Virus record (IMG/VR): IMGVR_UViG_3300025117_000077
Location: 1-56,386 of that record
DNA length: 56,386 nt
Direction: 5' to 3' (one strand)
DNA from: a virus
Lineage: Duplodnaviria > Caudoviricetes
Under the pieces are notes generated by a model that was given only the letters and a program-made list of their open reading frames with translations, was not told the DNA's origin and did not search any database. Position 1 is the stretch's first letter. The number at the start of each line of letters is the position of its first letter. Position numbers and translations under genes: made by a program. Below are positions 28,645-38,069 of the stretch, piece by piece.

Positions 28645-28838
28645 TGTAAGGTTTCCCGACGCTTTTCGTGATAATCATTCCTATTAAGCTAATAATCTTA
28701 TCATAATCACATATTTAAGCCACTTTTCAAAACTGTAAACTATTCCGACGTTTTATCTCATATCTCAGGGTATAATAATGTAAGTTGATAATATGTTTAG
28801 TTAACTGGTAATAATCAAATATGTAAAGAAATTCGACA
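28645..28838. promoter_or_regulatory. Three enhancer-like sites TGTAA-N7-CGAC(G/A)
   Basis: Copies at 28645, 28734 and 28822 (89/88 bp spacing), upstream of the sigma54 site. Confidence 0.6.
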
Positions 28839-28957
28839 AGCCATTTAAATCCAATATGAGCGCATATCTTTTATGGTAGGCAATCACTAAGGGTCTAAGC
28901 CTATCGCCCGCCCTGGCCCCTCCTGCTTCTCCCATTTCTCCCATTTCTCCTGATTAC

Positions 28958-28986
28958 TTGACATTTTAATAGGTAATCGGGAAAAT
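28958..28986 (+). promoter_or_regulatory. sigma70-type promoter for the TerS-like gene
   Basis: TTGACA-N17-GAAAAT immediately before the ORF. Confidence 0.4.
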
Positions 28987-29553
28987 ATGCTCACTATGGA
29001 TAACCAAGTCAATTCTGACTTACTTCCTGTTTCCTCTCAAGATTCATTCCCAGGGTATTATAACCGCCACAAAGGTGTTTCAACCAAACGCATCCTTCGA
29101 ATGTATTTCGAGGAAGGCAAAAATCAGGCTGAAATTGCGAAAATATTAGATATAACAAAACAATCCGTAGACTATCACCTTAAACCATTCAAACATGGCC
29201 TGCTCCCAAAACCCCAACTGCAAGCACTTAGAGAGAAAAAATCTGACCTCTTTGAAGGTGCTGTATATCAGTTATTATCTGACTGTGTAGACCCAGGCAA
29301 AAGGGAGAAGGCCAGTTTAAACAATTCCGCTTATGCCTTAAAGCAGATTCATGAGATATTTCGATTAGAAACGGACCAGTCAACCAGCAATCAGGCCCAT
29401 GTTATCGGTATAGACCAAGGTGTCCGTCAAGGCTTAAACGGTCTGTCAACCCTCCTATCAGCCTCTAAGGTGGAGGATAAGACCCAGGATATTAGGGATT
29501 CAGATACTTCTGAACCTGGTCAATCCCTTGTTACCGAGGATAATGAGCCATAA
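28987..29553 (+). CDS. HTH protein, probable terminase small subunit
   Basis: NQAEIAKILDITKQSVDYHL HTH; RLETDQSTSN C-terminal motif; upstream of TerL. Confidence 0.55.
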   Translation: MLTMDNQVNSDLLPVSSQDSFPGYYNRHKGVSTKRILRMYFEEGKNQAEIAKILDITKQSVDYHLKPFKHGLLPKPQLQALREKKSDLFEGAVYQLLSDCVDPGKREKASLNNSAYALKQIHEIFRLETDQSTSNQAHVIGIDQGVRQGLNGLSTLLSASKVEDKTQDIRDSDTSEPGQSLVTEDNEP

Positions 29554-29853
29554 TATTATGTCAACTTGGCAATGGTAACAATATCAATACATTATCCAAT
29601 AATGCAAGGATACATAATGGATATTATCAGACATTACATAAAAGTCCAAGTGTATCTTGTTGTGGACAGTGGTGCGGTGATTGTTGGAGCCAGGAGACCG
29701 GGGGGGGTCAGAAACGGTCAACCCAACTGGAGCCATCCCCGGCAAGCTCCCACTATATTTATAGTATCACTCTAAAACATTTATGGTTAAGAAGGTTTTT
29801 GAGGATTATGCTTGGAATGAGGTTTTTAACTAAATGCTATTGTGTTTACTTCG

Positions 29854-29896
29854 AGTCCACCACGTGAACTGGTGGTAGTTCACCAGGTGAACTGGT
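29854..29896. repeat. Tandem palindromic operator-like repeat
   Basis: AGTCCACCACGTGAACTGGT and AGTTCACCAGGTGAACTGGT, 23 bp apart. Confidence 0.65.
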
Positions 29897-29910
29897 AGGT
29901 TAGGAACTAT

Positions 29911-30375
29911 ATGAAAACATTAGACATAAAGAAACGCATCCGGGAGAAGAAAAAAGAGGATTTTTATAAGGCGCCGATGGTTATAAGGGACTCCCGGGAG
30001 CATGAGTTTTTCATAACGAACGATGTCTTTGTGGACAAATATGCAAGGTTATGTGGGATTTACGGGTTGGGGGTTTACAATCTTCTCTGTAGGCACTCAG
30101 GAAAGGACCAGACCTGTTACCCTTCGATAGACCTTATGGCTTACCGGTTAAACATCTCCAGGGGGTCTGTAATTGCCGGGTTAAAGGAATTGGAGAAACA
30201 TCGAATAATCCAGGTTGACCGTGTGAAGGGGGAGCCGAACATTTATACCCTGATGAATAAGAAAAAGTGGGGTATTACTTTTTCCAAGGTGGTGTTAATG
30301 AAGAAGGCGAGCCAATCCAGCCTGGAGGCATTTAGGGAACTTAACCATTTAAAGGAGGGACAACCTAATGGGTAA
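29911..30375 (+). CDS. Winged-HTH protein (replication-initiator N-terminal type, HTH_36-like)
   Basis: VYNLLCRH...CYPSIDLMAYRLNISRGSVIAGLKELEKHRIIQV...N.Y.L. Confidence 0.7.
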   Translation: MKTLDIKKRIREKKKEDFYKAPMVIRDSREHEFFITNDVFVDKYARLCGIYGLGVYNLLCRHSGKDQTCYPSIDLMAYRLNISRGSVIAGLKELEKHRIIQVDRVKGEPNIYTLMNKKKWGITFSKVVLMKKASQSSLEAFRELNHLKEGQPNG

Positions 30376-30546
30376 GGGGGAGGATAAAATACAAAAGATA
30401 AGGCGCTTTACGGAGGAAACATTTATTTCAATGACTGAATTTGAGGGGAAGAGATTGGTTTTAACTTCCAATGGTCTTTACTATTTTAGGGGTAATAAGC
30501 TTATAAAAGTTCTGATAGAGATTAATAAATAAGGGAGGTGATCCAA

Positions 30547-30633
30547 ATGGCAATTAAGAAGAAGGACAAGCCGAAGGGCAAGAAGCCCAAAAAGCAGATG
30601 GGTCCGGTGGTGTCCGGGAAGAAGAAGAAATAG
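30547..30633 (+). CDS. Lysine-rich 28-aa peptide, absent from the ORF track
   Basis: MAIKKKDKPKGKKPKKQMGPVVSGKKKK; extended SD GGAGGTGATCCA. Confidence 0.55.
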   Translation: MAIKKKDKPKGKKPKKQMGPVVSGKKKK

Positions 30634-30668
30634 GGTTTCCACGTGGAACAAAAAAGGAGAATAAGGCT

Positions 30669-30986
30669 ATGGGCATGACCAGTATGAAGATGAGCAAGGA
30701 GCAGAAGACAGAGGGGCGGGAGTTGGATGCTACGCATATGGCCGAGATGCCAAACTACCCCTATGGGCTGAAGATTCACCTGGAAGACGACCAGATTGAG
30801 GCCCTGGGGTTTAGGATGGACAAGCACAAGGTGGGGGAGACGGGGGAGTTGACGGCCAAGTTTTCGATTGAGTCGATGGAGTCCTTAAAGACGGACGGTG
30901 GTGAAGAAAAGCGGGTTTGCCTTCAGATAACTGATTTGGGGTTTACGGAGAAAGAGGACCGGATGTCATTTGAGGGGAGTAAGTAG
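30669..30986 (+). CDS. Capsid staple-like small virion protein
   Basis: YPYGLKIHL...EALG...LQITDL motif. Confidence 0.55.
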   Translation: MGMTSMKMSKEQKTEGRELDATHMAEMPNYPYGLKIHLEDDQIEALGFRMDKHKVGETGELTAKFSIESMESLKTDGGEEKRVCLQITDLGFTEKEDRMSFEGSK

Positions 30987-30994
30987 GCCAGGGT

Positions 30995-32803
30995 ATGCCT
31001 AAAGGCCAATACGCCAGATACCGGCCTCAACAGCCTGCACAGCCTCAGCAGGAGTGGATACCGGATAGTACGCCTGCGGACGTTGAAGCCCTGCTTGGGA
31101 AGATGAACGAGCTTCAGCTTCAGACGTTCAAGGTGGTTATTGGCAGGAATGTAGTCGGGAAGATAACCGACAAGGATGTGTTCAAGTATGAGAAGGCTTT
31201 GAGCCTGGTGGACCCTGGAAGATGGGCCATGCAGAATCACCTTTACCTGCCTTCTTCCGGGAACTACTTTACCTTCGAGGGGCATGAATATCTGAGGGAT
31301 ATCTACGACACCCATGCGCCTTATATCGTCTTGCTTAAGGGAGCGCAGTTGGGCCTTTCAGAGTGGTGCGTCATAACCTCACTTCATGACTGCGCTTATC
31401 GTTTAAAGTCGGGGCTGATTTACTATTTTCCTACATACACCCACGTTTTGAAGTTCTCCAAGTCGAGGTTTAACCCAATAATCAAGGCCAATCCTATCCT
31501 GCAAAGTATGGTTAGAAACACTAACTCTGCGGATATCAAACAGGTTGGGAATTGCACCCTTCATTTCTTTGGTCTACGGGGGCCGATGGGGGCCAAGACA
31601 ACCCCGGCGGATAAGCTGGTGTTCGATGAAGAGGACGAGGTTGAAGATCCTACCTATGTGGATATGGCCCATAAGCGTATGGCTCATAGCGAGTTCCAGG
31701 AGGAAGTTCACCTGAGTACCCCTACCATCCCTGACTTCGGGGTGGATGATAAGTTCCAGCTTACAGACCAGAGATACCGGATGATGTACTGTGAGGGATG
31801 CCGGAGCTACACCTGCATGGAAGAAGAGTTCCCGGAATGTTTGATTATGACACCGGAGGGGGCCAAGCGGGTCTGTGTCAAGTGCCAGAGGGAGTTGAAC
31901 CTTTCCCACCCTAAGAATCAGTATGTAGCTAAATATCCGGGCAAGGAACTGAATGGGCGGCCTGCCGTGGGGTACTGTGTCAGCCAGCTTCACTCTATTT
32001 ATGTCCCTATGGACGAGATATGGAGTGAGTACCATACGACCAAGTACCCGCAGGACTTCTGGAACCAACGGCTTGCCAGGGCTTTCATAGAGGTTCAGAA
32101 CCGGATGGAAGTGGCCCACGTTATAGCCATGTGCGGTTCTCACGGGATGGAACAGAGATCGGACGTGCCTACCTGTATCGGGGTGGATATAGGGCCTAAG
32201 ACGCACCATGTGGTTGTGGGAAGGAAGGAGTACGGGGGATCGGTTAAGATAATCTATCTCGGAGAAACCAAGCCGAATAACAATGCTAACCCTAATGAAG
32301 CCTGGGACGACTTGAAGCAGATTATCAAGAAGTTTGACGGGTACTTGGTTTTGGATGGTCTGCCGGAACCTAAGAAGGCTTTGAACTTCACCAAGGACCA
32401 CCCTTACCGGGCCTGGGCCTGTTTCTACTCCAACTCCCCTTCAACCGGGATGAGATGGGATGATGACCAAAAGAAGATAACCGTTTATCAGTCTATGGCT
32501 ATGGACGCCAGTCACCAGATACTACAGGACGGCAAGACGGTTCTACCGAGGAAATCAGACCTGATAACTGAATTTGCCAAGCATTGCCATAACGTAGCCC
32601 GGAAGAAGATAGAGGACCGGGAAACGGGAAGCGTTTATAATAAGTGGATCAAGACTGGCCCGGACCATTACCGGAAGGCATTTTCTTATATGTGCTTGGC
32701 TATGGAGAGGACACCGGAAAGCAAGTACAGCGGAAGGGATTATTCCTACCTGGATGGAACCAGCAGTTCGGCCAGGGGGGACTTAGCGGGGAGTTATGCG
32801 TAA
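30995..32803 (+). CDS. terL: Terminase large subunit (GpA-like)
   Basis: KGAQLGLSE Walker A variant, LVFDEED, STPT coupling motif, CxxC pairs, GVDIG nuclease, PDHYR. Confidence 0.85.
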   Translation: MPKGQYARYRPQQPAQPQQEWIPDSTPADVEALLGKMNELQLQTFKVVIGRNVVGKITDKDVFKYEKALSLVDPGRWAMQNHLYLPSSGNYFTFEGHEYLRDIYDTHAPYIVLLKGAQLGLSEWCVITSLHDCAYRLKSGLIYYFPTYTHVLKFSKSRFNPIIKANPILQSMVRNTNSADIKQVGNCTLHFFGLRGPMGAKTTPADKLVFDEEDEVEDPTYVDMAHKRMAHSEFQEEVHLSTPTIPDFGVDDKFQLTDQRYRMMYCEGCRSYTCMEEEFPECLIMTPEGAKRVCVKCQRELNLSHPKNQYVAKYPGKELNGRPAVGYCVSQLHSIYVPMDEIWSEYHTTKYPQDFWNQRLARAFIEVQNRMEVAHVIAMCGSHGMEQRSDVPTCIGVDIGPKTHHVVVGRKEYGGSVKIIYLGETKPNNNANPNEAWDDLKQIIKKFDGYLVLDGLPEPKKALNFTKDHPYRAWACFYSNSPSTGMRWDDDQKKITVYQSMAMDASHQILQDGKTVLPRKSDLITEFAKHCHNVARKKIEDRETGSVYNKWIKTGPDHYRKAFSYMCLAMERTPESKYSGRDYSYLDGTSSSARGDLAGSYA

Positions 32804-33008
32804 GGAGGGAACCATGAAAATCGAAACAATAGGGGATGAGCTTAACTTCAAGTATCACCGCACCGGGGATGATATTCATTACGAGTGCAAAAACTGCGGC
32901 CATGAGTACCATCCGATTTATCGCAAGGGCATACCGATTAAGATGCAGAACGGAAAACTGGATGAAATATGGCTGGCCCTGGGGAACCATTTTAAAGGGT
33001 GTAAATAG
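32796..33008 (+). CDS. Small Zn-binding hypothetical protein
   Basis: CKNCG. Confidence 0.45.
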   Translation: MRKEGTMKIETIGDELNFKYHRTGDDIHYECKNCGHEYHPIYRKGIPIKMQNGKLDEIWLALGNHFKGCK

Positions 33009-33221
33009 GCTTTAACCTATGCGTCAAATAGATAATACCTATAAAAAAACCTTGACAATGCCGCAATTATCTGATAAGGGAAAAGATAAAATAGCTTCTA
33101 TTTTTACGGAGGACGAACGCGATCAGATAATTTCCATACTTAAAACAATGGAGGGATTCAAGCGTAAGCTATTATTATTGCTTAAATAGTCTCCTAAACT
33201 TAAATTTTCGCACTAAGCCAA

Positions 33222-33270
33222 AGGTCACTTATTCGGGGTAGCATTTCCCGGTAGTGGCCTTTTTTATTTT
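33222..33270 (+). terminator. Terminator-like structured element before the portal block
   Basis: aggtcact/agtggcct stem with an inner hairpin, followed by a T-run. Confidence 0.5.
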
Positions 33271-33281
33271 GGAGGGATTGG

Positions 33282-33530
33282 ATGCCGTTAAATCAGAACC
33301 GCTGTAACACCTGCCGGAGAGGGGTAGCCGAGTTCGTGGGACATAACTACGATGTCAAAAAAGATAAGTGTGTTTCTGTCTACCGCTGTATCGAGTGCGG
33401 AGCCATACACCTGGAACCCTGGAGGTTTATCGGAAGCGGGTCTTTCGATATTGAGCATCCCAAAGCACAGAAGGGGATGTTGCCAACCGATGATTACATG
33501 AAAAGGAAATTTCACGGATGGACCCCTTAA
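33282..33530 (+). CDS. Zn-ribbon protein
   Basis: CNTC...CIEC. Confidence 0.5.
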   Translation: MPLNQNRCNTCRRGVAEFVGHNYDVKKDKCVSVYRCIECGAIHLEPWRFIGSGSFDIEHPKAQKGMLPTDDYMKRKFHGWTP

Positions 33531-35578
33531 CCGGAATAAATCTATCTTCGGCGGGAACGGGCGACCAGATTTTCGATGTTCCCCCCAAGACGGAACCAAA
33601 GACCAAGAAGGCCAAAACTCAGACTATCGACCTGAATGAAACCAGGGACTTGATTCTGGCCTGTCAACAGGAAGCGGAAGAAATTTACCGTGAAGTGCGT
33701 AATACCTGGAACGATTGTTGGGATGCCTACCGGATGTACCAGGACTTCTCTAAGAAGCAGGACTGGCAGTCAAAGGTTTATGTTCCCGAGCTAAACCCGG
33801 CTATCAAGAAAGCGACTTCCATGATTCGCCGGATCATCATTCAGGCCGGGGAGTATTTCGATATCCATGATCCTCTCAACACCAATATCAACGACAGAAG
33901 CGTTCCTGGGCAGAAAGCGGCGCTTAAATACTTTTTGGATAGTATAAAGTTCGACACCAAATTGATGGAGGGGGTTGAATCCGGATTTACCTTTGGAACC
34001 GGAGTTCTCAAGCTCTGGTGGGAACCGCAGGAGAAGTGCCGGATAGAGGCTAAACAGGCGGTCAACTGGACGAACATCTTTCAACCAACCACAGAAACTA
34101 CTTTTGAAGAAGTGAAATGGATGTCGTCCGGTCTGGCCGCCAGGGTAGTTGATCCCCGGCAGATTTATTTCGACCCGGAACACAGCTATATCGTGGAAGA
34201 ATCTATGGCCAGCTTGCCGGACATAGTGGCCTTATCCAAGATTAAAATGCCGGACGGCTCCTGGTATTATGACCCCAAGCAGGTTGAAAAGTTAAAAAAC
34301 ACCGATTACTCGGAGGACCCCAAGGAAGTTGAACGGCTGGAGAAATTAAAGCTCTACACCGGGAAGAATGAGTTTAAGCGTCGGGTTCACCTTTACGAAT
34401 ATTGGGGGCCTGTCTATAACCGCAAGGGCGAAGTTCTAAAAAAGAATGCCCGTGTCGTTCTGGCCAACAAGCAGTATATCCTCAACACCGGGAACCTTGA
34501 GAACCCCATGCGGTTCTATGGGCCTCTCTACGGGAAACCGCCTTACATCATCTTCTCCCCAGTAGACTTCCTGTTCCGTCTTGAGGGGCAATCATTGATC
34601 GAAGGTGCTATCAGCCTCCAAAAAGCCATTGTCAACATCACCAACATGAGCCTCGATGGTTTGCTCTGGAAATTGATTAAGCTGTTTGAGGTCAACCCGG
34701 ACAGACTGAGAAACCCTGATGTCTTGACCAAGCTACGCCCTGGTAGTCCTATCCTGGTCAATGGAGACGGTAAGGCCATTAATGAAGTCCAAATAAGTGA
34801 TGTCCCCCGCGGAGCAATGGCTGAGACGGAGATTCTTAGACGGGCCTTGCAGAACTCTGACATGGTAACTGACTTCTCGTTAGCCCTGGAAACCAAGAAA
34901 ACAACGGCGACCGAGTACGAAGGGGCCAACAAGCAGACCGACAGTATGTTTGAGAGCATAGGCCGGAATCTGGAAGAGGGGCTTATCGAACCTTCAATTG
35001 AAATGTCACGGCAACTGATTATCCAGTTTTGGGATGATTTCAGAGATCCGGCCTTGCAGAAAATGGCTATGCAGTTCGGCCTTCCCTTTGCCGCACAGAC
35101 CAGGGAGGAACGTATTGCTTTCATGCTAAAGACCTCATGGGTGACTTCCAGGGGCATTTCCTCTTACTTCGAGAAGATGGCCAAGCTTAAGAAGATTATT
35201 GACTTCTTCGGGGTAGCGTCCAAAATACCGCCGCTTCTGGAACGGCTCAAGCTGAGGGAGTGGACAAACCGGATTATTGACTGTTTCAGCTTTGAACGAC
35301 CCCACGAACTGGTTGTCGATGAGCAGGAAGAACAGCAGATACAGGCCAACAATCAGGCTGAGAAGCAGGCCAAGATGGACAACCTCAATATGCAGAAAGA
35401 GGCTTTCGATATGAAGAAGATGGAAGCCCAGGCCAAGACCCAACAATTACAGGGCCAGTTGCCTCCCCCGCAGGGGATGCCGCCTGGTGGTAATGGGGGC
35501 GGGGGGAGAGCCGGGATACCTCCCGAAGCTATTCTTGCTGCTCTTGCCGCACAGAGCCAGGGGAGGACGCTTCAGTAA
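33518..35578 (+). CDS. Portal protein (podovirus type)
   Basis: 686 aa after TerL; GTGVLKLWW, VDPRQIYFDP, TATE motif, Gln-rich tail. Confidence 0.85.
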   Translation: MDPLTGINLSSAGTGDQIFDVPPKTEPKTKKAKTQTIDLNETRDLILACQQEAEEIYREVRNTWNDCWDAYRMYQDFSKKQDWQSKVYVPELNPAIKKATSMIRRIIIQAGEYFDIHDPLNTNINDRSVPGQKAALKYFLDSIKFDTKLMEGVESGFTFGTGVLKLWWEPQEKCRIEAKQAVNWTNIFQPTTETTFEEVKWMSSGLAARVVDPRQIYFDPEHSYIVEESMASLPDIVALSKIKMPDGSWYYDPKQVEKLKNTDYSEDPKEVERLEKLKLYTGKNEFKRRVHLYEYWGPVYNRKGEVLKKNARVVLANKQYILNTGNLENPMRFYGPLYGKPPYIIFSPVDFLFRLEGQSLIEGAISLQKAIVNITNMSLDGLLWKLIKLFEVNPDRLRNPDVLTKLRPGSPILVNGDGKAINEVQISDVPRGAMAETEILRRALQNSDMVTDFSLALETKKTTATEYEGANKQTDSMFESIGRNLEEGLIEPSIEMSRQLIIQFWDDFRDPALQKMAMQFGLPFAAQTREERIAFMLKTSWVTSRGISSYFEKMAKLKKIIDFFGVASKIPPLLERLKLREWTNRIIDCFSFERPHELVVDEQEEQQIQANNQAEKQAKMDNLNMQKEAFDMKKMEAQAKTQQLQGQLPPPQGMPPGGNGGGGRAGIPPEAILAALAAQSQGRTLQ

Positions 35579-35827
35579 ATGGATGCCAATGAGAGGTATT
35601 TAAAACTTGCCAGGTTGATTGAATCGGAACACGGGAAGGTTCTGATTGAGGTCATAGATAACTGGATTATGGGAATACTTGAAAATCTCGACATCGCAAA
35701 AATTGATGAAATCCCCAAGGTAGTCGGGGCCTACATCAACATGAAGCAGTTCAAAAACCATTTGGTTAAGTCACCGGATGTTGTGAGTGCGATTAATATA
35801 ATGAAGAAGTTAGAAGGTAAATCATAA
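35579..35827 (+). CDS. Small head-assembly-region protein
   Basis: Lies between portal and scaffold; translationally coupled. Confidence 0.55.
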   Translation: MDANERYLKLARLIESEHGKVLIEVIDNWIMGILENLDIAKIDEIPKVVGAYINMKQFKNHLVKSPDVVSAINIMKKLEGKS

Positions 35828-35880
35828 CAATTTAGCAATAGCGAACACTTCCGCTTGAGCGGGACTCGCAAGGAGGTTTT

Positions 35881-37107
35881 ATGGCTTGGCCAAAAGGTGT
35901 ACCAAGAAAGAGACAAAACATAGATAAGGAATCGGCTGTGAATCCATTTGAACCGCAAGAACCGGCAATGCAGGCCCAACCACAAGGCGATACGGCCCCC
36001 CCGCAGAGTGATGCTATTACTCAGAAACCGGACGCCCCGCCTAATTTTGTGGAAAACAAGCCTGTCTTCAGACCGTTTCATGACCGTGATTCCCTCGAAG
36101 AGAAATACGCCAAGCATCTTGGCCTTGATACTTTAGGGGAACAGAAAATGGAAACCGCCGAGGACAAGCAAGAAACGCCCCCTGCCGAAGCGGATACGGG
36201 CGTAGTAAAAACAGAGACTTCGGAAACCATTGAGGTAAAAAAAGATGAACCTGTAACGGCAACGGAATCCACTACGGTTACGCAACCAGAGGCCACACCC
36301 GTAACCGCCCCTATTGAAGAGAAGGTCTTTAAGCATAAGACTATCGAAGAGGCGGAGAAGGCGGCCAAGGAAGCGGAACGGAAGATGCACGAAGCCACAC
36401 AGGAACGGGCCAGAATCGAAGCAGAGAAGAAAAGCCTTGAAACCCTCAACAAGCAAATGCTGGAAGTGTTGCAGACTATCAAGACTTCTCAGGTTCCGCC
36501 CGCCGAAACACAACCTAAAGACGAATTGGAACTGACACCGGAACAAAAGACAGAACTGATTATCAATGACCCGGATAAATACGAGCGGCTTGTTATTGAA
36601 AAAGCCAAACGTGAGATCCGGGGAGAGTTCGAAACAAAGCAAAAAGCCGACCAGGAAGCGATCGCCAAGGCTTCTCAACAACGGGGCTTAGAATTGTTTC
36701 TTCGCATGGGAGATCAACACTTCGTAACTACTTACCCCGAAATGCAGATATTTGGGCCTTATGTTAAAGAAGCGGCAGAAAAGATTCTCCGTTCTCCGGG
36801 GGCTAAAGAACTGATTTCCCAAAAAGGGCCACAGGGATTAATAGATCAGGCTGTCGAAGATACCAAAATCAGGATTGAGCAGATTAAGACCGATTTAACC
36901 GCTGGAGCTACACCTCCACCGCAAAACGCCGCCCCTGCCAATACCGGAGAAGTCAGAACTCCTATTCCTGCATCCCCTGTCGTTAAACCGTCAGGAGTTA
37001 TTCCAGCACCCGTAGCGCCGGCAGTAGTTATTCCGACGCAAGAACAAATAACAAAAGATTATGCCGCCGAGAAGAATGCCTGGAGACAACAGCGCGGCCT
37101 CGGCTAA
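35881..37107 (+). CDS. Capsid scaffolding protein
   Basis: Acidic/Pro-rich, coiled coil, directly upstream of the MCP. Confidence 0.65.
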   Translation: MAWPKGVPRKRQNIDKESAVNPFEPQEPAMQAQPQGDTAPPQSDAITQKPDAPPNFVENKPVFRPFHDRDSLEEKYAKHLGLDTLGEQKMETAEDKQETPPAEADTGVVKTETSETIEVKKDEPVTATESTTVTQPEATPVTAPIEEKVFKHKTIEEAEKAAKEAERKMHEATQERARIEAEKKSLETLNKQMLEVLQTIKTSQVPPAETQPKDELELTPEQKTELIINDPDKYERLVIEKAKREIRGEFETKQKADQEAIAKASQQRGLELFLRMGDQHFVTTYPEMQIFGPYVKEAAEKILRSPGAKELISQKGPQGLIDQAVEDTKIRIEQIKTDLTAGATPPPQNAAPANTGEVRTPIPASPVVKPSGVIPAPVAPAVVIPTQEQITKDYAAEKNAWRQQRGLG

Positions 37108-37126
37108 ATATACCAGGAGGTAAAAA

Positions 37127-38047
37127 ATGTCTGAACAACTGTGGGTAACTTCATCACTTGGCGGGTATGCTGCCGCCCCTATCCTCTCCAAAGAGGTTCG
37201 GGTAGCCGCACAGCCGTTAATGCGATTCATGCAGTTTTGCACCACCAAGGAAGACTTCGGGAAGGGTAAAGGCGACACCATCCTTTTCGATAAAATCGGA
37301 AACGTTGCAACCGGCGGAGGTACTTTGGTTGAAACCACCACCATGCCCTCCACTTATTTTACAATGGCCCAGGGTACTTTGACCCTTACAGAATACGGGA
37401 ATAGTATTCCTGTGACGGGAAAACTGTTAGCCCTGGCCGATATAGACATGAAAACTCCGGTTATCAAGGCCCTGAAGAACGATGCGGCCAAGGTTATGGA
37501 AACCGCAGTGGAAGCCGAAATGAATAAATGTAAGATTCGGTATGTCGGTTCCACCGCTTCAACCGGGAACTTCACCACCAATGGTACGGCTACCGAAAGC
37601 TGTAGCGTGGTTTTGGATGCCTATCATCTCCGCACCATAATTGACTATCTCATGGGAACCCTTTACGCTCCCCCGGCTGATGGCGAGTTCTATTTCGGTA
37701 TTCTTACCGTCGCCGCCGCCCGGAGCCTGTACGAGTCCCTGGAAGGGGTCTGGCAGTATACCCAATATCCCGTAAACGGCGAGATGGGCAAGAATTATAA
37801 GTGCCGTCTGGTACGTGATGCCTATGCGATGGACAACTCAATCGGGGTCAGCAACGTGAGTGGTGAGGCTTATTTCTTCGGGGATGAAGCCGTAGCCGAA
37901 GGTGTTGCCATTCCGATTGAAATCCGGACCGAACCCATCAAGGACTTTGGCCGGTCCAATGCCTTTGCCTGGTACGCTATCGAAGGCTTTGAGCTTATAT
38001 GGGTCGGAGATCCCGATAATCGTATATGCAAATGGGACTCAGCTTAG
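37127..38047 (+). CDS. Major capsid protein (N4-gp56-like HK97 fold)
   Basis: GKGKGDTILF, LTEYGNSI, GEMG..Y..RLV, DFGR...AWY; position. Confidence 0.85.
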   Translation: MSEQLWVTSSLGGYAAAPILSKEVRVAAQPLMRFMQFCTTKEDFGKGKGDTILFDKIGNVATGGGTLVETTTMPSTYFTMAQGTLTLTEYGNSIPVTGKLLALADIDMKTPVIKALKNDAAKVMETAVEAEMNKCKIRYVGSTASTGNFTTNGTATESCSVVLDAYHLRTIIDYLMGTLYAPPADGEFYFGILTVAAARSLYESLEGVWQYTQYPVNGEMGKNYKCRLVRDAYAMDNSIGVSNVSGEAYFFGDEAVAEGVAIPIEIRTEPIKDFGRSNAFAWYAIEGFELIWVGDPDNRICKWDSA

Positions 38048-38069
38048 TGATATTATTAGGAAAATAGAC

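Noticed and set aside
28640-28840. CRISPR mini-array
   Set aside because: Repeats are 17 bp with a variable core and ~70 bp spacers, which fits protein-binding sites better; no cas genes.
28927-28950. ttctcccat tandem microrepeat
   Set aside because: About 2.5 copies of a 9-mer; too short to assign a function.
29566-29775. 69-aa ORF between TerS and the HTH gene
   Set aside because: TTG start, no SD and atypical composition; more likely a non-coding (possibly packaging) region.
31574-32401. 275-aa minus-strand ORF and similar antisense ORFs over portal, scaffold and fibre genes
   Set aside because: Shadow frames of well-supported + strand genes, with no motifs or RBS.
37902-38069. Programmed frameshift fusing the MCP to the overlapping ORF
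   Set aside because: The downstream ORF is an HNH endonuclease with its own ATG at 38070, and I saw no slippery site near the MCP stop.
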